A model generated the notes under the pieces. That model had not been told where the DNA came from. It did not search any database and saw only the letters and a program-made list of their open reading frames with translations. From an uncultured Pseudomonadota bacterium (GTDB lineage Bacteria > Oederibacteriota > Muellerivitia > Muellerivitales > Muellerivitaceae), in the NCBI GenBank assembly GCA_963836235.1, contig CAWIIP010000003.1:1-52236 (forward strand): 52,236 nucleotides of DNA, read 5' to 3'. Below, in pieces: positions 29,301-38,247 of the stretch (position 1 is the stretch's first letter; each line of letters opens with the position of its first letter). Made by a program: the position numbers and the translations under genes.

Positions 29301-29493
29301 CGGAAGAACTCCCAAAGGTGGCGGTGGCGCTGGGGTCGTTGGGAACGGATACCAAATCCCAATTACTTGCGGTGTTCCAATCACTCGAACCAGTGGAGGC
29401 CCAGGTTTGGGCGCCGGCTTTACCAGCCGTAAAATACATGGCTAAACCCACTACCAAGAACCGCTTCAGGAAACTCCCAATTTGAAAACTCAT
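26320..29493 (-). CDS. Type Va autotransporter with beta-helical Gly/Asn/Ser/Thr-rich passenger
   Basis: Signal peptide, WNTASNW, two passenger-associated repeats (LSKGGFGTLTLTGMNTYSGGT; ITKLGTGTLTLTNTNFYIGST), ~19-aa STAGxAxIxNN repeats, C-terminal barrel ending LNLGF; GGAGG RBS before ATG 29493. Confidence 0.9.
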   Translation of the reverse strand: MSFQIGSFLKRFLVVGLAMYFTAGKAGAQTWASTGSSDWNTASNWDLVSVPNDPSATATFGSSSVTAVSLSAAVTLDTLLFNGGSSFGIQTNSNSFTLAGAGINNASGVQQTLVNNGGNVLFENSSQAVSLLLTNAAASTITFQDTSTASSATVANNGALNFTGNASAGQAMISTNNGGAVSFSGAAEGGQAQFTVNSGGVFDISQSAGVTVGSIAGAGTFNLGANNLFTGNNNSQSTTVSGVIQDGGLGGSLSKGGFGTLTLTGMNTYSGGTSILAGTLMVDNGTLGSGAVNVFSVSSTLDYVDQSVVGTNNIVNNGGFINFNDTSTAGSAVITNSGFLNFNNSSSAGIANLTNNSTVTFANSATAANSTITNNGRMSFSDGSTAGNAVFNNIGDLSFTGDSATTVASAGTATLVNTGLVQFGSYSTAGNAQITNNSGQISFSGNAQGGTAQFDLIGGNLSIASSTAGSVTVGITNGAVGSSINLGANDLALGINNLSTTISSQITDAGLSGSITKLGTGTLTLTNTNFYIGSTTILGGTLAIGNSGALGDSSVLLQNGTLATSGGPSYFYVGGSYNQASGGTFLMGLGGPTYGQYDSFGVAGSANLSGSLSVFSYSGFTPTLGGIFLAMTANGVSGNFTSVVNGISGFRFLPVYYPAQVNIVAIQPSFAALGQTFNEKAVGAALDNLYLDPTQQALMLNLGVQQASSLVKAYDQISPAGITPLFQMGFATEESRGVLVAKRLSDLWDQIDTESQSAFASHGENRMFASTMSPGQEEAVANSSSPSPQWDVFMNGLGDFGTVTGDSNAPGYKFSVGGMAAGMDYRLAPDLVGGLLLGFTSSGTSQSLSSVTSSGGQVGLYGGWKTGGFYVDGLVDGGVNTYTTIRSSYGGSATGTTRGTQYGFQLGAGYDWKVDEMKVGPMVTGQYAHVQANAFQEAGSTTPLSFPNQGQGDLTSQLGIKASRAWDMGGFSLGPNVSVAWEHVYQGSLDQLQAGLGNSGNLFTVDGPALGANAAVIVAGLNAQFGNGISAQAQYQGNMGMTGFSSDGLSAGLNLGF

Positions 29494-29518
29494 ATCCGCC
29501 TCCCCCTTTGACCCTTGG

Positions 29519-31078
29519 TTAATCATTACCGCGCCTTAATACCTGCCCCGGATATCTTCCTGAAAAACCCTCTTTGGCGTCATAAACCAGCTGGCCGTTC
29601 ACGAAGACCCATTTTACCCCACTCGGCGGTTCCCAGGGATTGACGGCGGTGGCTTTATCCCCGATGGTTTGGGGATCGAACAAAACCACATCCCCCCAAT
29701 AACCCTCTTTTAGAAGCCCCCGATCCTTCAGGCCCAACAGCTTCGCCGGCTCATAGGTAAGCCGGTTAATGGCTTCCGACAGCCTGATCACCCGCTTTTC
29801 ACGCACGTAGGTCCCTAATAATCGGGCAAAGGCCCCCACATCCCGAGGGTGGGGGATGGCACTGGTCGAATCCGAACCGAAGAGGACAAAAGGCGCCTGG
29901 ATTTTCTTAATGAGCCCTTCCTCGGAAAGCCCGTGGTAGCAGATTTTGACATATTCCCCGTTCTCAATCAGCAAGGCCAAGACCGCCTGCTCCTCCGTGA
30001 TCTTCCGCTGTTTGGCCATATCGGCGATGGTATCCCCCAGGAAGCTCTTGAAGGCGCGGGACCTGACCCGGGTAATCTCGACCTTGTCCCCTCCCCCATA
30101 TTCCTGGAGCCGCTTGTGGATGAGGGCGAGTGTTTCCGCCGTCCGGTCGTCATTGCGGTAATAACCCCATTGGGCGGCTTCGGGTTTTAAATAGAGAAAC
30201 TGGTAAAGGGGTATCTGAACCTCGTTGCCCCAAAAGTCATAAGGGTAAACCGTGGCGTAAACGGGATGTCCATCCTGATCCGCTTCTTCCAATAAGCGCA
30301 GGCCGCTTTCGGTTTGGTCCCAGTTGCTGGGAAGCTTGAAAAGCAGGTGCTGGATAACGACCGGCACCTTATCCGTTTGGCCTAGGTGAATGGCTTCTTC
30401 CATGGCCTCCAAAACATTCGAGCGGTAGTTGCGAATATGGGTGTAATAGACGGCGTGAGGGTAGTTGGTCAGTACCGAAGCCAGGTCTTCCAGCTCGGCG
30501 GGTTGGCACCATTCCCCGGGCTCGTAACCCAAACCGCTGGAAAGGCCGAAGGCTCCGGCTTGCAGGGCGCCTTGCAGGAAAAGTTTCATCACGGCCATTT
30601 CCTGCGGGGTAGCCGGTTTTTGCTTGTTGGTCTTCACGAACCAATCGCGAAGGGTGCCCTGGCCAATGAGGGTGCCCAGATTCAGGATGCCGGGATATTT
30701 TTGAAGTTTCGCCAGGTTCTTCTGAACATCGAGGACCGAGAAGCCACAGTTGCCCGCCAGCCCTGCGGTAACCCCCTCATGGATGGCTCGCTGTTGCTCG
30801 GCGAGGGTCCAGAGAAGGTCGTTGTGACAGAGGATGTCGATAAAACCGGGAGAAACCACCAGCCCCGTGGCGTCCACCACCTTATCGGCCTGGCTATTGG
30901 CTAAATCGCCGATTTTGGCAATTTTGCCCGCCACGATGGCCACATCGGACTTGTGGGGCGGCAGGCCCGAACCATCCACGACCAGGCCATTTTTCAGGAG
31001 GATGTCGTAGTGGGGCTCATCGGCCAGAAGAAGGGAGGGAAAAAGGAGGAGTAAGAGAACCGGCCCATAAAATTTCAA
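29519..31078 (-). CDS. Exported N-acyl-D-amino-acid deacylase-family amidohydrolase
   Basis: Signal peptide; PGFID, GNCG, GLSSGLGYEPG, THIR, GSD, HPR, DRGLL..G..D.VLFDP. Confidence 0.88.
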   Translation of the reverse strand: MKFYGPVLLLLLFPSLLLADEPHYDILLKNGLVVDGSGLPPHKSDVAIVAGKIAKIGDLANSQADKVVDATGLVVSPGFIDILCHNDLLWTLAEQQRAIHEGVTAGLAGNCGFSVLDVQKNLAKLQKYPGILNLGTLIGQGTLRDWFVKTNKQKPATPQEMAVMKLFLQGALQAGAFGLSSGLGYEPGEWCQPAELEDLASVLTNYPHAVYYTHIRNYRSNVLEAMEEAIHLGQTDKVPVVIQHLLFKLPSNWDQTESGLRLLEEADQDGHPVYATVYPYDFWGNEVQIPLYQFLYLKPEAAQWGYYRNDDRTAETLALIHKRLQEYGGGDKVEITRVRSRAFKSFLGDTIADMAKQRKITEEQAVLALLIENGEYVKICYHGLSEEGLIKKIQAPFVLFGSDSTSAIPHPRDVGAFARLLGTYVREKRVIRLSEAINRLTYEPAKLLGLKDRGLLKEGYWGDVVLFDPQTIGDKATAVNPWEPPSGVKWVFVNGQLVYDAKEGFSGRYPGQVLRRGND

Positions 31079-31116
31079 ACCAAAAACTCCTGAAAATGAG
31101 GCATTTATACGTTGAG

Positions 31117-31145
31117 AGTATAGGAGAGGGGGAAAGGCACTTCAA
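31117..31145 (-). promoter_or_regulatory. sigma70 promoter TTGAAG-N17-TATACT
   Basis: Minus-strand hexamers at 31145-31140 and 31122-31117 upstream of the deacylase-autotransporter pair. Confidence 0.6.
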
Positions 31146-31215
31146 CATGGCAAAAAACAGTGATCACCAGGGCCCTGCCATTATTGGAACCGGACCTCCC
31201 AATGACGGATCAGCT

Positions 31216-33351
31216 TCAACCGCGACACAACACCGAGAAAAAACCGCCATCGTGTTCGGCAGTAGGAAGGAATATCAAGCCCAATTCGTCTTTCAATATC
31301 TCCGGATGGCTCTCCACGAGCCCCGTCGAGTGGTCCCCCGTCAATTCCAGAAGGACTACTTTCCATTCGGGATGATCTTTTAAGAAAGCCTCAACCACTT
31401 CCTGGTTTTCTTCCTTCTCCAAGGAACAGGTGCTATAAACCAAATGGCCGTTGGGATAAAGATGGCCCTGGGCCTCCTCTAATAAATCCTTTTGCGGTTG
31501 AACATGCTCCAGCACGTGCCGGGGCTCAATCTTCCACCGCAAATCCGCCCGGCGGGACAAGACCCCTGTTCCACTGCAGGGCGCGTCCACCCAAACCAAA
31601 TCGAATTTCTGGGAAGGGGGAAGTTTTTTTAATTCCCCATCGTAAACCATCACTTGTTTTAAGCCCGTGCGTTTAAGGTTCTCGGCCAGTCGCTTGCGTC
31701 TTTCGGAAGAGGAGTCGGTGGCCATTACCTGGCCCTTTTCCCCCAGCTTCCAAGCCAGGGCCACGGTTTTTCCACCGGGCGCCGCGCACATGTCCCAGGC
31801 CCTCTGGCCCTCGGACAAGGGAAGCATTTCCAGCATGGCCTGGGGCACCCAGTCCTGCACGATCCAATCCCCCTGCTGAAAGCTTTCGCCGCTGAAAAGA
31901 CCGCCCTCATGGCTTTTCAGGCTTAAGGTACGGGAAGGCCAATCCACCCGGGCGACCTTTATATTTTGTTTCCCCAGGTCCTCTTCCACCTTTTCCACGG
32001 TCCCCGGCTTCAAATGAAGATAAACCGGATGGGGTTTGTTATCAGCCTTCAGGACTTCTTCCAACTGTTCGGGGCTCAGGAACTTCGCCCACTTCTTTGC
32101 CAGCCAGGTGGGATGGGAATAACGAATCGAAAGACTATCGATGTCGCTGTCACCCTTGACTTCAAAGGCGGCTTTTTTGGTTTCCGCGTTTCTCAAGACC
32201 GCGTTCACAAAACCGCTGAGGGCTTCCTGCCCTCCCTTTTTGGCAAGATTAACCGATTCATGGACCGCCGCGTGGGCCGGAACCCGGTCGAGAAAGAGAA
32301 GCTGGTAAAGACCCAAACGAAGGGAAATCTTCACCTCCACCGGCAATTTTTCAAAGGGCGATTGGCAGAGCGAATTCAAATGGTAATCCAACAGTCGCTT
32401 TTGCCGGGTACAGCCATAAACCAGCTCCCGCAAAAGGGCCTCGTCCTCAGGCTTCAAACCTTGGCCATAGGTGAGAACGTCCGCCACCTTGGCTCCCTTT
32501 TCGAGGCTATAAAGCGCCTTTGCCGCCGCTAAGCGGGAAGGCGAAATAAAAACGGCATCCTGCCGGGGACCCTCCGGCCGGTCGGGCCTTGGGCCTGGAC
32601 GGCCGCCGGGGCGGTCGGATCGAAAGGGTGGACGGCCACCCGGCCGGTTGGAGCGAAAAGGCGGGCGATCCCCTGGCCCTTTGCGGAAAGGTGGCCTCCC
32701 AGTTGGACGATCCGGACGATAGGGAGGACGTTCGGGACTGGTACTCGGTGGGATGGAAACCACTTCGCCCTCTTTGGACGGAGCAATAGGAAGAGCTGGA
32801 CGGCTATCGGGACGATTCGAGCGAAAGGGCGGACGGCCACCCGGCCGATGGGAACGGAACGGCGGGCGATCTCCCGACCCTTTTCGAAAAGGTGGTCTAC
32901 CCGAGGGACGATCTGGACCATAAAGCGGACGTTTGGGACTAGTCCCCGGCGAGGCGGAAAGGGCTTCACCGTTTTTGGGTGAAGCGCTAGGCGGAGCCGA
33001 ACGGCTATCGGGACGGTTCGAGCGAAAAGGCGGACGGCCACCCGGCCGGTTGGAACGGAACGGCGGGCGATCCCCCGGTCCCTTTCGGAAAGATGGCTTG
33101 CCAGAAGGACGGCCCACGCCGCCAGGCCGATGGGAAGGCTTGCCGGAATCAAAGCGATGTGGCCGAGGGCCGTGAGAACCGGTACCACCGGGGGAACTGG
33201 AATGGGGACGGCCCCCACCGGGTGGGCGACTCGCTATAGGGCGTCCAAACCCACCTGAACGGTGGGGCGGCTTGCCGGAGAAAGAGCGGCGGGGCCCGGA
33301 ACGGCGGGGAGGCTTAGAACCTGAAGGCGCGGGGCTACTGGGCGTTTCCAT
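31216..33351 (-). CDS. rsmB: 16S rRNA m5C967 methyltransferase RsmB/Sun with long low-complexity N-terminal extension
   Basis: NusB-like domain (ELVYG, LRLGLYQL, FVNAVLR), YSHPTW, DMCAAPGGKT, DAPCSGTG, YSTCS; downstream of fmt. Confidence 0.92.
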   Translation of the reverse strand: METPSSPAPSGSKPPRRSGPRRSFSGKPPHRSGGFGRPIASRPPGGGRPHSSSPGGTGSHGPRPHRFDSGKPSHRPGGVGRPSGKPSFRKGPGDRPPFRSNRPGGRPPFRSNRPDSRSAPPSASPKNGEALSASPGTSPKRPLYGPDRPSGRPPFRKGSGDRPPFRSHRPGGRPPFRSNRPDSRPALPIAPSKEGEVVSIPPSTSPERPPYRPDRPTGRPPFRKGPGDRPPFRSNRPGGRPPFRSDRPGGRPGPRPDRPEGPRQDAVFISPSRLAAAKALYSLEKGAKVADVLTYGQGLKPEDEALLRELVYGCTRQKRLLDYHLNSLCQSPFEKLPVEVKISLRLGLYQLLFLDRVPAHAAVHESVNLAKKGGQEALSGFVNAVLRNAETKKAAFEVKGDSDIDSLSIRYSHPTWLAKKWAKFLSPEQLEEVLKADNKPHPVYLHLKPGTVEKVEEDLGKQNIKVARVDWPSRTLSLKSHEGGLFSGESFQQGDWIVQDWVPQAMLEMLPLSEGQRAWDMCAAPGGKTVALAWKLGEKGQVMATDSSSERRKRLAENLKRTGLKQVMVYDGELKKLPPSQKFDLVWVDAPCSGTGVLSRRADLRWKIEPRHVLEHVQPQKDLLEEAQGHLYPNGHLVYSTCSLEKEENQEVVEAFLKDHPEWKVVLLELTGDHSTGLVESHPEILKDELGLIFLPTAEHDGGFFSVLCRG
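32600..33110 (-). repeat. Degenerate 201-bp (67-aa) in-frame tandem repeat, about 2.5 copies
   Basis: GGCGGGCGAT recurs at 32660, 32861, 33062; protein unit FRKG.GDRPPFRS.RPGGRPPFRS.RP. Confidence 0.85.
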
Positions 33352-33380
33352 AGGATACTTTCTTATTCTTTGATTTATGA

Positions 33381-33425
33381 GTCATTGTGAGGAGGCAGCA
33401 TTGTCTCATGGCAAGGAAGCAATCC
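33381..33425. repeat. Degenerate REP/RPE-like element GTCATTGTGAGGAG...GAAGCAATCC
   Basis: Ends resemble the widespread GTCATTGCGAG...GAAGCAATC intergenic palindromic element; single copy in the window. Confidence 0.4.
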
Positions 33426-33506
33426 AAAGCGATCAAACCGGCTAAAGTTCCCTAACCTTTTAAATTGCCAAGTTGAAAAGTTTGCGGCTACAACAGACAC
33501 CAAAGC

Positions 33507-34484
33507 CTAGGAAAGCTGTTCCCCCGCCTTAAAATTCGGATGGCCCAGGGTGAAATCATAAGCCCGCATTTTCTTTTTCCCCGGCGGTTGAATACCCGTA
33601 ATCAAAATCATTCCCGGGCCGGTGGCCACCTCGATGCCATCCTTTGTAATGGCGACAACTTGCCCGGGAACACTGAAGGAATCCGACGCTCCGGCAAAAG
33701 AAGCGGAATGGATTTTCAGGTCCATTTCTTTCCATTTTGTTTCGGCCCCCGGCCAAGGCGAAAGGCCCCTGATTTGATCAAGTACGACTCCCGCTTCACG
33801 GTTCCACTTAATACGGCATTGTTCACGCTTCAAACTGGGCGCGTAACTCGCTTGCGAATGGTCTTGCGGAATCCGGGGGGCTCTTCCCTGCCGGAGCAGA
33901 TCCAAAGCCTCTAAAAGCCCTTCTTTTCCAAGGAGGGCCAACCGGTCGTGAAGTTGTCCAGTGTTTTCCTCCAATCCAATTGAGGTCGTCTTAACCAGAA
34001 GAATGTCCCCCTCGTCCATTTTCTCATTCATGTACATGATGGTGACGCCCGTCCCTTTTTCCCCCGCCATCACCGCGTAATGGATGGGCGCCGCTCCCCG
34101 GTATTTGGGGAGGATGGAACCGTGGATGTTCAAGCAGGCGATCTTGGGTATTTGAAGGACCGAGTCGGGCAGTATCTGTCCATAGGCGGCAACGACCGCG
34201 ATATCCGCTTCGGTTTTCCGGAGGATTTCAACGGCTTCCGGCGTCTTGATTTTTTCGGGTTGGAATAGTGACAACCCCAGTTCAACCGCTTTCTTTTTAA
34301 CCGGAGAGGCTTTGAGTTCCAATCCCCGTCCCGCGGGCTTGTCCGGCTGGGTCACCACTAAAGGGACGGGGTAACCGGCTAAACAAAGGGCTTCCAAAGA
34401 GGGAACGGCAAAATCTGACGTTCCCATAAAAAGAATTCGAAGGGGTTTTTCCAACGGGAACCTTTCATTTTGACCTTGATGCAC
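33507..34484 (-). CDS. fmt: Methionyl-tRNA formyltransferase
   Basis: ILFMGTSDFA, VVTQPDKPAGRG, NIHGSILPKYRGAAPI, MDEGD. Confidence 0.96.
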   Translation of the reverse strand: MHQGQNERFPLEKPLRILFMGTSDFAVPSLEALCLAGYPVPLVVTQPDKPAGRGLELKASPVKKKAVELGLSLFQPEKIKTPEAVEILRKTEADIAVVAAYGQILPDSVLQIPKIACLNIHGSILPKYRGAAPIHYAVMAGEKGTGVTIMYMNEKMDEGDILLVKTTSIGLEENTGQLHDRLALLGKEGLLEALDLLRQGRAPRIPQDHSQASYAPSLKREQCRIKWNREAGVVLDQIRGLSPWPGAETKWKEMDLKIHSASFAGASDSFSVPGQVVAITKDGIEVATGPGMILITGIQPPGKKKMRAYDFTLGHPNFKAGEQLS

Positions 34485-34542
34485 GCAGTTTAAACCGCCC
34501 CTAGTTCAAAGGAAAGACGAAGAAAGAATTTTATCCTCAAAA

Positions 34543-35115
34543 TCACGGGCTGGAGGGAACATCGGAGTAGGGGTAGGTTTGAGGATTGGATGGAACCGTT
34601 GTGGATGGGAAGGTCTGAGAAAAAAAACTGTTGGCTTCAGGCAATACCATTTCAGTGAGTGTTGCCAATAAAACCCCCGGAAGCAGAGGGTTATGGTCCG
34701 AAGCACAATTCCAAACACGGATCACCACTTGGCGGGACTGGACTATATTGTTCACCGGATTCACCTGAACCTGACGCAAATATCGCCAGTGGCCATTGGC
34801 CAGCCGGTTTCCGCTCAAAGGGTTCCCCGGATCGGTAACTAGTTTATCGGTGGTTAACATCAGATTGTATTGCGAACCATCGTTATAGCTATCCAGTATC
34901 TCCAGTCCATTCGCGGGATTGCCGTTAGACTGGGCTAAGAGTTCCTCGAACATTTGCCGGGCCTTCATCGAGGCGTAACTTTTATCTTCCAAAGCTATCG
35001 TTTGGCGGGTAAACACCTTCCAAAATTGAACGGTCGCCTGGGCAGTAAGGCCAAGGATCACGATGGCGACGCACATTTCGGTCAGGCTGACGCCGACAGA
35101 ATTAATTCTTTTCAT
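34543..35115 (-). CDS. Type IV prepilin-like protein
   Basis: Class III signal MKRINSVG|VSLTEMCVAIVILGL with Glu at +5. Confidence 0.72.
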   Translation of the reverse strand: MKRINSVGVSLTEMCVAIVILGLTAQATVQFWKVFTRQTIALEDKSYASMKARQMFEELLAQSNGNPANGLEILDSYNDGSQYNLMLTTDKLVTDPGNPLSGNRLANGHWRYLRQVQVNPVNNIVQSRQVVIRVWNCASDHNPLLPGVLLATLTEMVLPEANSFFSQTFPSTTVPSNPQTYPYSDVPSSP

Positions 35116-35142
35116 GTCTACCTGCTCTTAATTTCACCAAAA

Positions 35143-35787
35143 TCAAAGCAATCTTTTTTCTAACCCAACCCGCACAACCGGCCATTCTTCCCGAATGATG
35201 CTGAAATAAACCGAATGCCGCAATCGTCCCGTTCGGGTCACGACATGGTTTCGGAAAACGCCCTCTTCCTTCGCCCCCAATTTCAGCAAAGCTCTCCTGG
35301 ACTTTTCATTCAAAGAATCGGTTTTAAACTCGACCCGGTTGCAACCCAGGATTTCAAAAGCGTATTGAAGCAGAAGCATTTTCGCCTCAGGATTGACGTG
35401 GGTTCCTTGGGCGGAAGCCATCAGCCAAGTCGCCCCAATTTCCAAACGAAGATTGGCTTTATCCGGACTGATATAGCGCGTACTGCCCACCAAACAACCG
35501 GTCGCCCTATCCTCGATAACGAAAGGCAATTGATGGCCTTTTTCCCACTCTTCCAAGGCTTGTTCCACCATCTGCCGCATGTCTTTTTGGGATTGAATCA
35601 CAACAAAGGGATTCCAAATCCAAATTTCCGGATCGGTTCCCACCGCCGTTAATGCAGGAATATGTCCTAATTCCAAGGGAATCAGCCGAACAAACCGGCC
35701 CTCTAAAACGACTGATTTTAATCTTTTGGAGCCCGGCTCGAGCCAATGTGAATTCGAGTCCCGGAGTGGGTCGGAAGGAGCGGTCAT
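35143..35787 (-). CDS. GNAT N-acetyltransferase (RimJ/RimL-like)
   Basis: LEIGATW, QGTHVNPEAK, RVEFKTD..N.KSRRALLKLGAKEEG. Confidence 0.9.
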   Translation of the reverse strand: MTAPSDPLRDSNSHWLEPGSKRLKSVVLEGRFVRLIPLELGHIPALTAVGTDPEIWIWNPFVVIQSQKDMRQMVEQALEEWEKGHQLPFVIEDRATGCLVGSTRYISPDKANLRLEIGATWLMASAQGTHVNPEAKMLLLQYAFEILGCNRVEFKTDSLNEKSRRALLKLGAKEEGVFRNHVVTRTGRLRHSVYFSIIREEWPVVRVGLEKRLL

Positions 35788-35816
35788 CGTAACCTTTCAA
35801 GTAAAAAAGGGAAAAA

Positions 35817-36341
35817 TTACAGGCGGACGGTTTCTTGAAAGTTCTTCTTGAGCTGATCGAGCTGCCGCTTGAGGAATAGACGCTTAACCGCGGGAACCTT
35901 TTGGATGAAAAGCTGACCGTTCATGTGGTCGATTTCGTGTAGAACACAGCGGGCCAGGAGACCTTCATATTCCGAAACCTTTTCGTTCCCCACCAAATCC
36001 TGGTACCTCACCTTGACCTTGAGGGACCTTTCCACCTCTTCCCTGACGTCAGGAATAGAAAGGCAGCCTTCCTCAATGGTCTCACTACCCTCTTCGTTAA
36101 GTATTTCGGGGTTAAAAAGAGCCGTGGACTCACCCTTGTCTTCCAGGTCGTAATGTTCATCCATGACCATCATGCGGATGGCTTCCCCAATCTGGATCGC
36201 GGCCAAACCAACACCATTGGCGTTTCTCATGGTTTCGGTCATATCGGCGGCCAATTCCTTCAATTCAGGCCCAAATTGGGTGACCGGCTTGCTCTTGAGT
36301 TTGAGCTGGGGGTCTGGATAAAGAACGATGGGGAGAACCAT
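35817..36341 (-). CDS. def: Peptide deformylase
   Basis: GVGLAAIQIG, EGCLSIP, HEIDHMNG. Confidence 0.96.
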   Translation of the reverse strand: MVLPIVLYPDPQLKLKSKPVTQFGPELKELAADMTETMRNANGVGLAAIQIGEAIRMMVMDEHYDLEDKGESTALFNPEILNEEGSETIEEGCLSIPDVREEVERSLKVKVRYQDLVGNEKVSEYEGLLARCVLHEIDHMNGQLFIQKVPAVKRLFLKRQLDQLKKNFQETVRL

Positions 36342-36398
36342 GATTGCCTCGTTTAATGGGTGTTTCGAGGTAATTATAAGTTCAATAGGCGGGCAAAC

Positions 36399-37061
36399 TC
36401 AAGGCCGGGCGGCCTTGGCGGGACGTTTATCCAGGGCTTTTTGAAGTTCCTCAGCGGCGGTTTTGGGGTTTTTAGCTTCCGTGATGGCCCTCACCACGGC
36501 CAACCGCGTAGCGCCTGCGCGAAGGACTTCTTCGATATTCGAAGAATTAATTCCACCAATGGCAAAAAAAGGAATCGGGGGATGGATTTCAGCCACTTGC
36601 CTCACATATTCCACGCCGACCGCCGGACGTCCTGCCTTGGTGGGTGTCGGGTAAACCGGACCCACCCCGATGTAGTCCGCCCCGTCGGAGATGGCCTTTT
36701 GAGCTTGGTCTAAGTTGTGGGTGGAAACACCGACCACTTTTCCCTCCCCAATAACCTTTCGGACTTCTTGCACCGACAAATCCTCCCGCCCCACATGAAC
36801 ACCATCGGCATCGGCCAAACGGGCGATATCCGGCCGGTTATTGACGATAAAAAGGATTCGATAACGGCGGGTCAGGGCGCGAAACTGGCGGGCCATGGAC
36901 AAGAGTTCGGAATCCTTGACTGAATAATCCCTGAGTTGAAGGATATCCACTCCACCTTCCACGGCCTCCTCGGCCACCTTGAATTGTTTGTGATCTTGAA
37001 AACTTCCAGCGCCGGTGACCAGATAAAGACGGGCCCTCTCAAGTTTGCTAATTGTTCCCAT
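36399..37061 (-). CDS. thiE: Thiamine-phosphate synthase
   Basis: LYLVT, LQLR, GVHVG, GVSTH, DYIGVGPVYPTPTK, AIGGI. Confidence 0.95.
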   Translation of the reverse strand: MGTISKLERARLYLVTGAGSFQDHKQFKVAEEAVEGGVDILQLRDYSVKDSELLSMARQFRALTRRYRILFIVNNRPDIARLADADGVHVGREDLSVQEVRKVIGEGKVVGVSTHNLDQAQKAISDGADYIGVGPVYPTPTKAGRPAVGVEYVRQVAEIHPPIPFFAIGGINSSNIEEVLRAGATRLAVVRAITEAKNPKTAAEELQKALDKRPAKAARP

Positions 37062-37171
37062 TTAATCCTCCGGGTTCCATCCCAAGCTATTTGAGTTTAA
37101 TCCGTGTGAACAAATGATGAAATTTTAGAAAACAAACAACTTAAAAGCCTTTATTTTGGAGAGTGACTCGA

Positions 37172-37966
37172 TTAAAAGTCTTTATTCGGGGTAGAGGCCT
37201 GGGCATAAAGCTTTTTGGGAATCCGGCCCGCCAAAAAGGACAAGCGCCCCGCTTCGGTAGCGTGACTCATGGCGTGAGCCATTTTGAGGGGGTCCTTGGC
37301 ATGGGCGATCGCCGTATTCAAAAGTACCGCGACGACCCCCAATTCCATGGCAACCGCCACATCGGAAGCCGATCCGACCCCGGCGTCAATCAAAACAGGG
37401 CATCTCAACTTTTCCAAAATAATGCGGATGTTATTGGGGTTCAAAACTCCCTGCCCCGAACCGATGGGCGATCCAGCGGGCATAACGGCGTGGGCGCCGG
37501 CCTGCTCGAGCTTTTGGGCCATGACCGGATCGTCGGAGGTGTAGGTCATAACCGTGAAGCCTTCTTTGACCAAGGTCTTGGTAGCCTCCAAAGTGGCGAT
37601 AGGATCGGGAAGAAGCGTTTTCTCATCGTGCAGGACTTCTAATTTGACGAACTCCGAAATGCCCGTGGCCCGAGCCAAATGGGCTACCCGGATAGCTTCC
37701 TCCGCGCTGTAACAACCGGCGGTGTTGGGCAAGAGAGTGAATTTCTTCGGGTCAACAAAATCCAAGAGAGTCTTCTCTCCCTTATTGTCTAAATTGACCC
37801 GGCGTAGGGCGATGGTGACAATCTCGGTTCCCGAAGCCTCAAGGCATTGGGCCATGAGCTCATTAGTGGCGTATTTCCCCGTGCCGACCAACAGACGAGA
37901 ATGAAATACTTTCCCGTTAATTTGATAGGTATCTTCAAATTTCACCTGTTCGATCGTTGTTGTCAT
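37172..37966 (-). CDS. thiG: Thiazole synthase
   Basis: [36 protein letters not shown]. Confidence 0.97.
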   Translation of the reverse strand: MTTTIEQVKFEDTYQINGKVFHSRLLVGTGKYATNELMAQCLEASGTEIVTIALRRVNLDNKGEKTLLDFVDPKKFTLLPNTAGCYSAEEAIRVAHLARATGISEFVKLEVLHDEKTLLPDPIATLEATKTLVKEGFTVMTYTSDDPVMAQKLEQAGAHAVMPAGSPIGSGQGVLNPNNIRIILEKLRCPVLIDAGVGSASDVAVAMELGVVAVLLNTAIAHAKDPLKMAHAMSHATEAGRLSFLAGRIPKKLYAQASTPNKDF

Positions 37967-38169
37967 CAGCCCCCTCCCACAAATTGAATGAGTTCTATTT
38001 GATCGCCCTCGAAGAGCTTACAATCCGCCCGTTGATCGGCTTGGACAATCCGCCTATTCACTTCCGCTACGACCGTTTCTTTGCGGACGCCCAATAATTT
38101 TATGAGTTCTTCCAGGGAAAGGCCTTCCCCCAATTCTTTAATTTCCCCGTTAATAAGCAGTTTCAACAC
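37966..38169 (-). CDS. thiS: Sulfur carrier protein ThiS
   Basis: 67 aa, INGE, VAEVN, C-terminal FVGGG; coupled to thiG. Confidence 0.95.
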   Translation of the reverse strand: MLKLLINGEIKELGEGLSLEELIKLLGVRKETVVAEVNRRIVQADQRADCKLFEGDQIELIQFVGGG

Positions 38170-38247
38170 AAACCCCGTTCTTGAGTTTTGAATGAACTCG
38201 AAAACTAAAACTTAGAGGAAATATCTTGATTTAATTCAGGCGGGTTT

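Noticed and set aside
32529-33218. 229-aa alternative-frame ORF over the rsmB extension
   Set aside because: By-product of GC-rich repeats lacking stops; the Arg/Pro frame is the one continuous with RsmB
38170-38247. TPP riboswitch upstream of thiS
   Set aside because: Gap is short and AT-rich and lacks the CTGAGA and GATAATGC-type aptamer motifs
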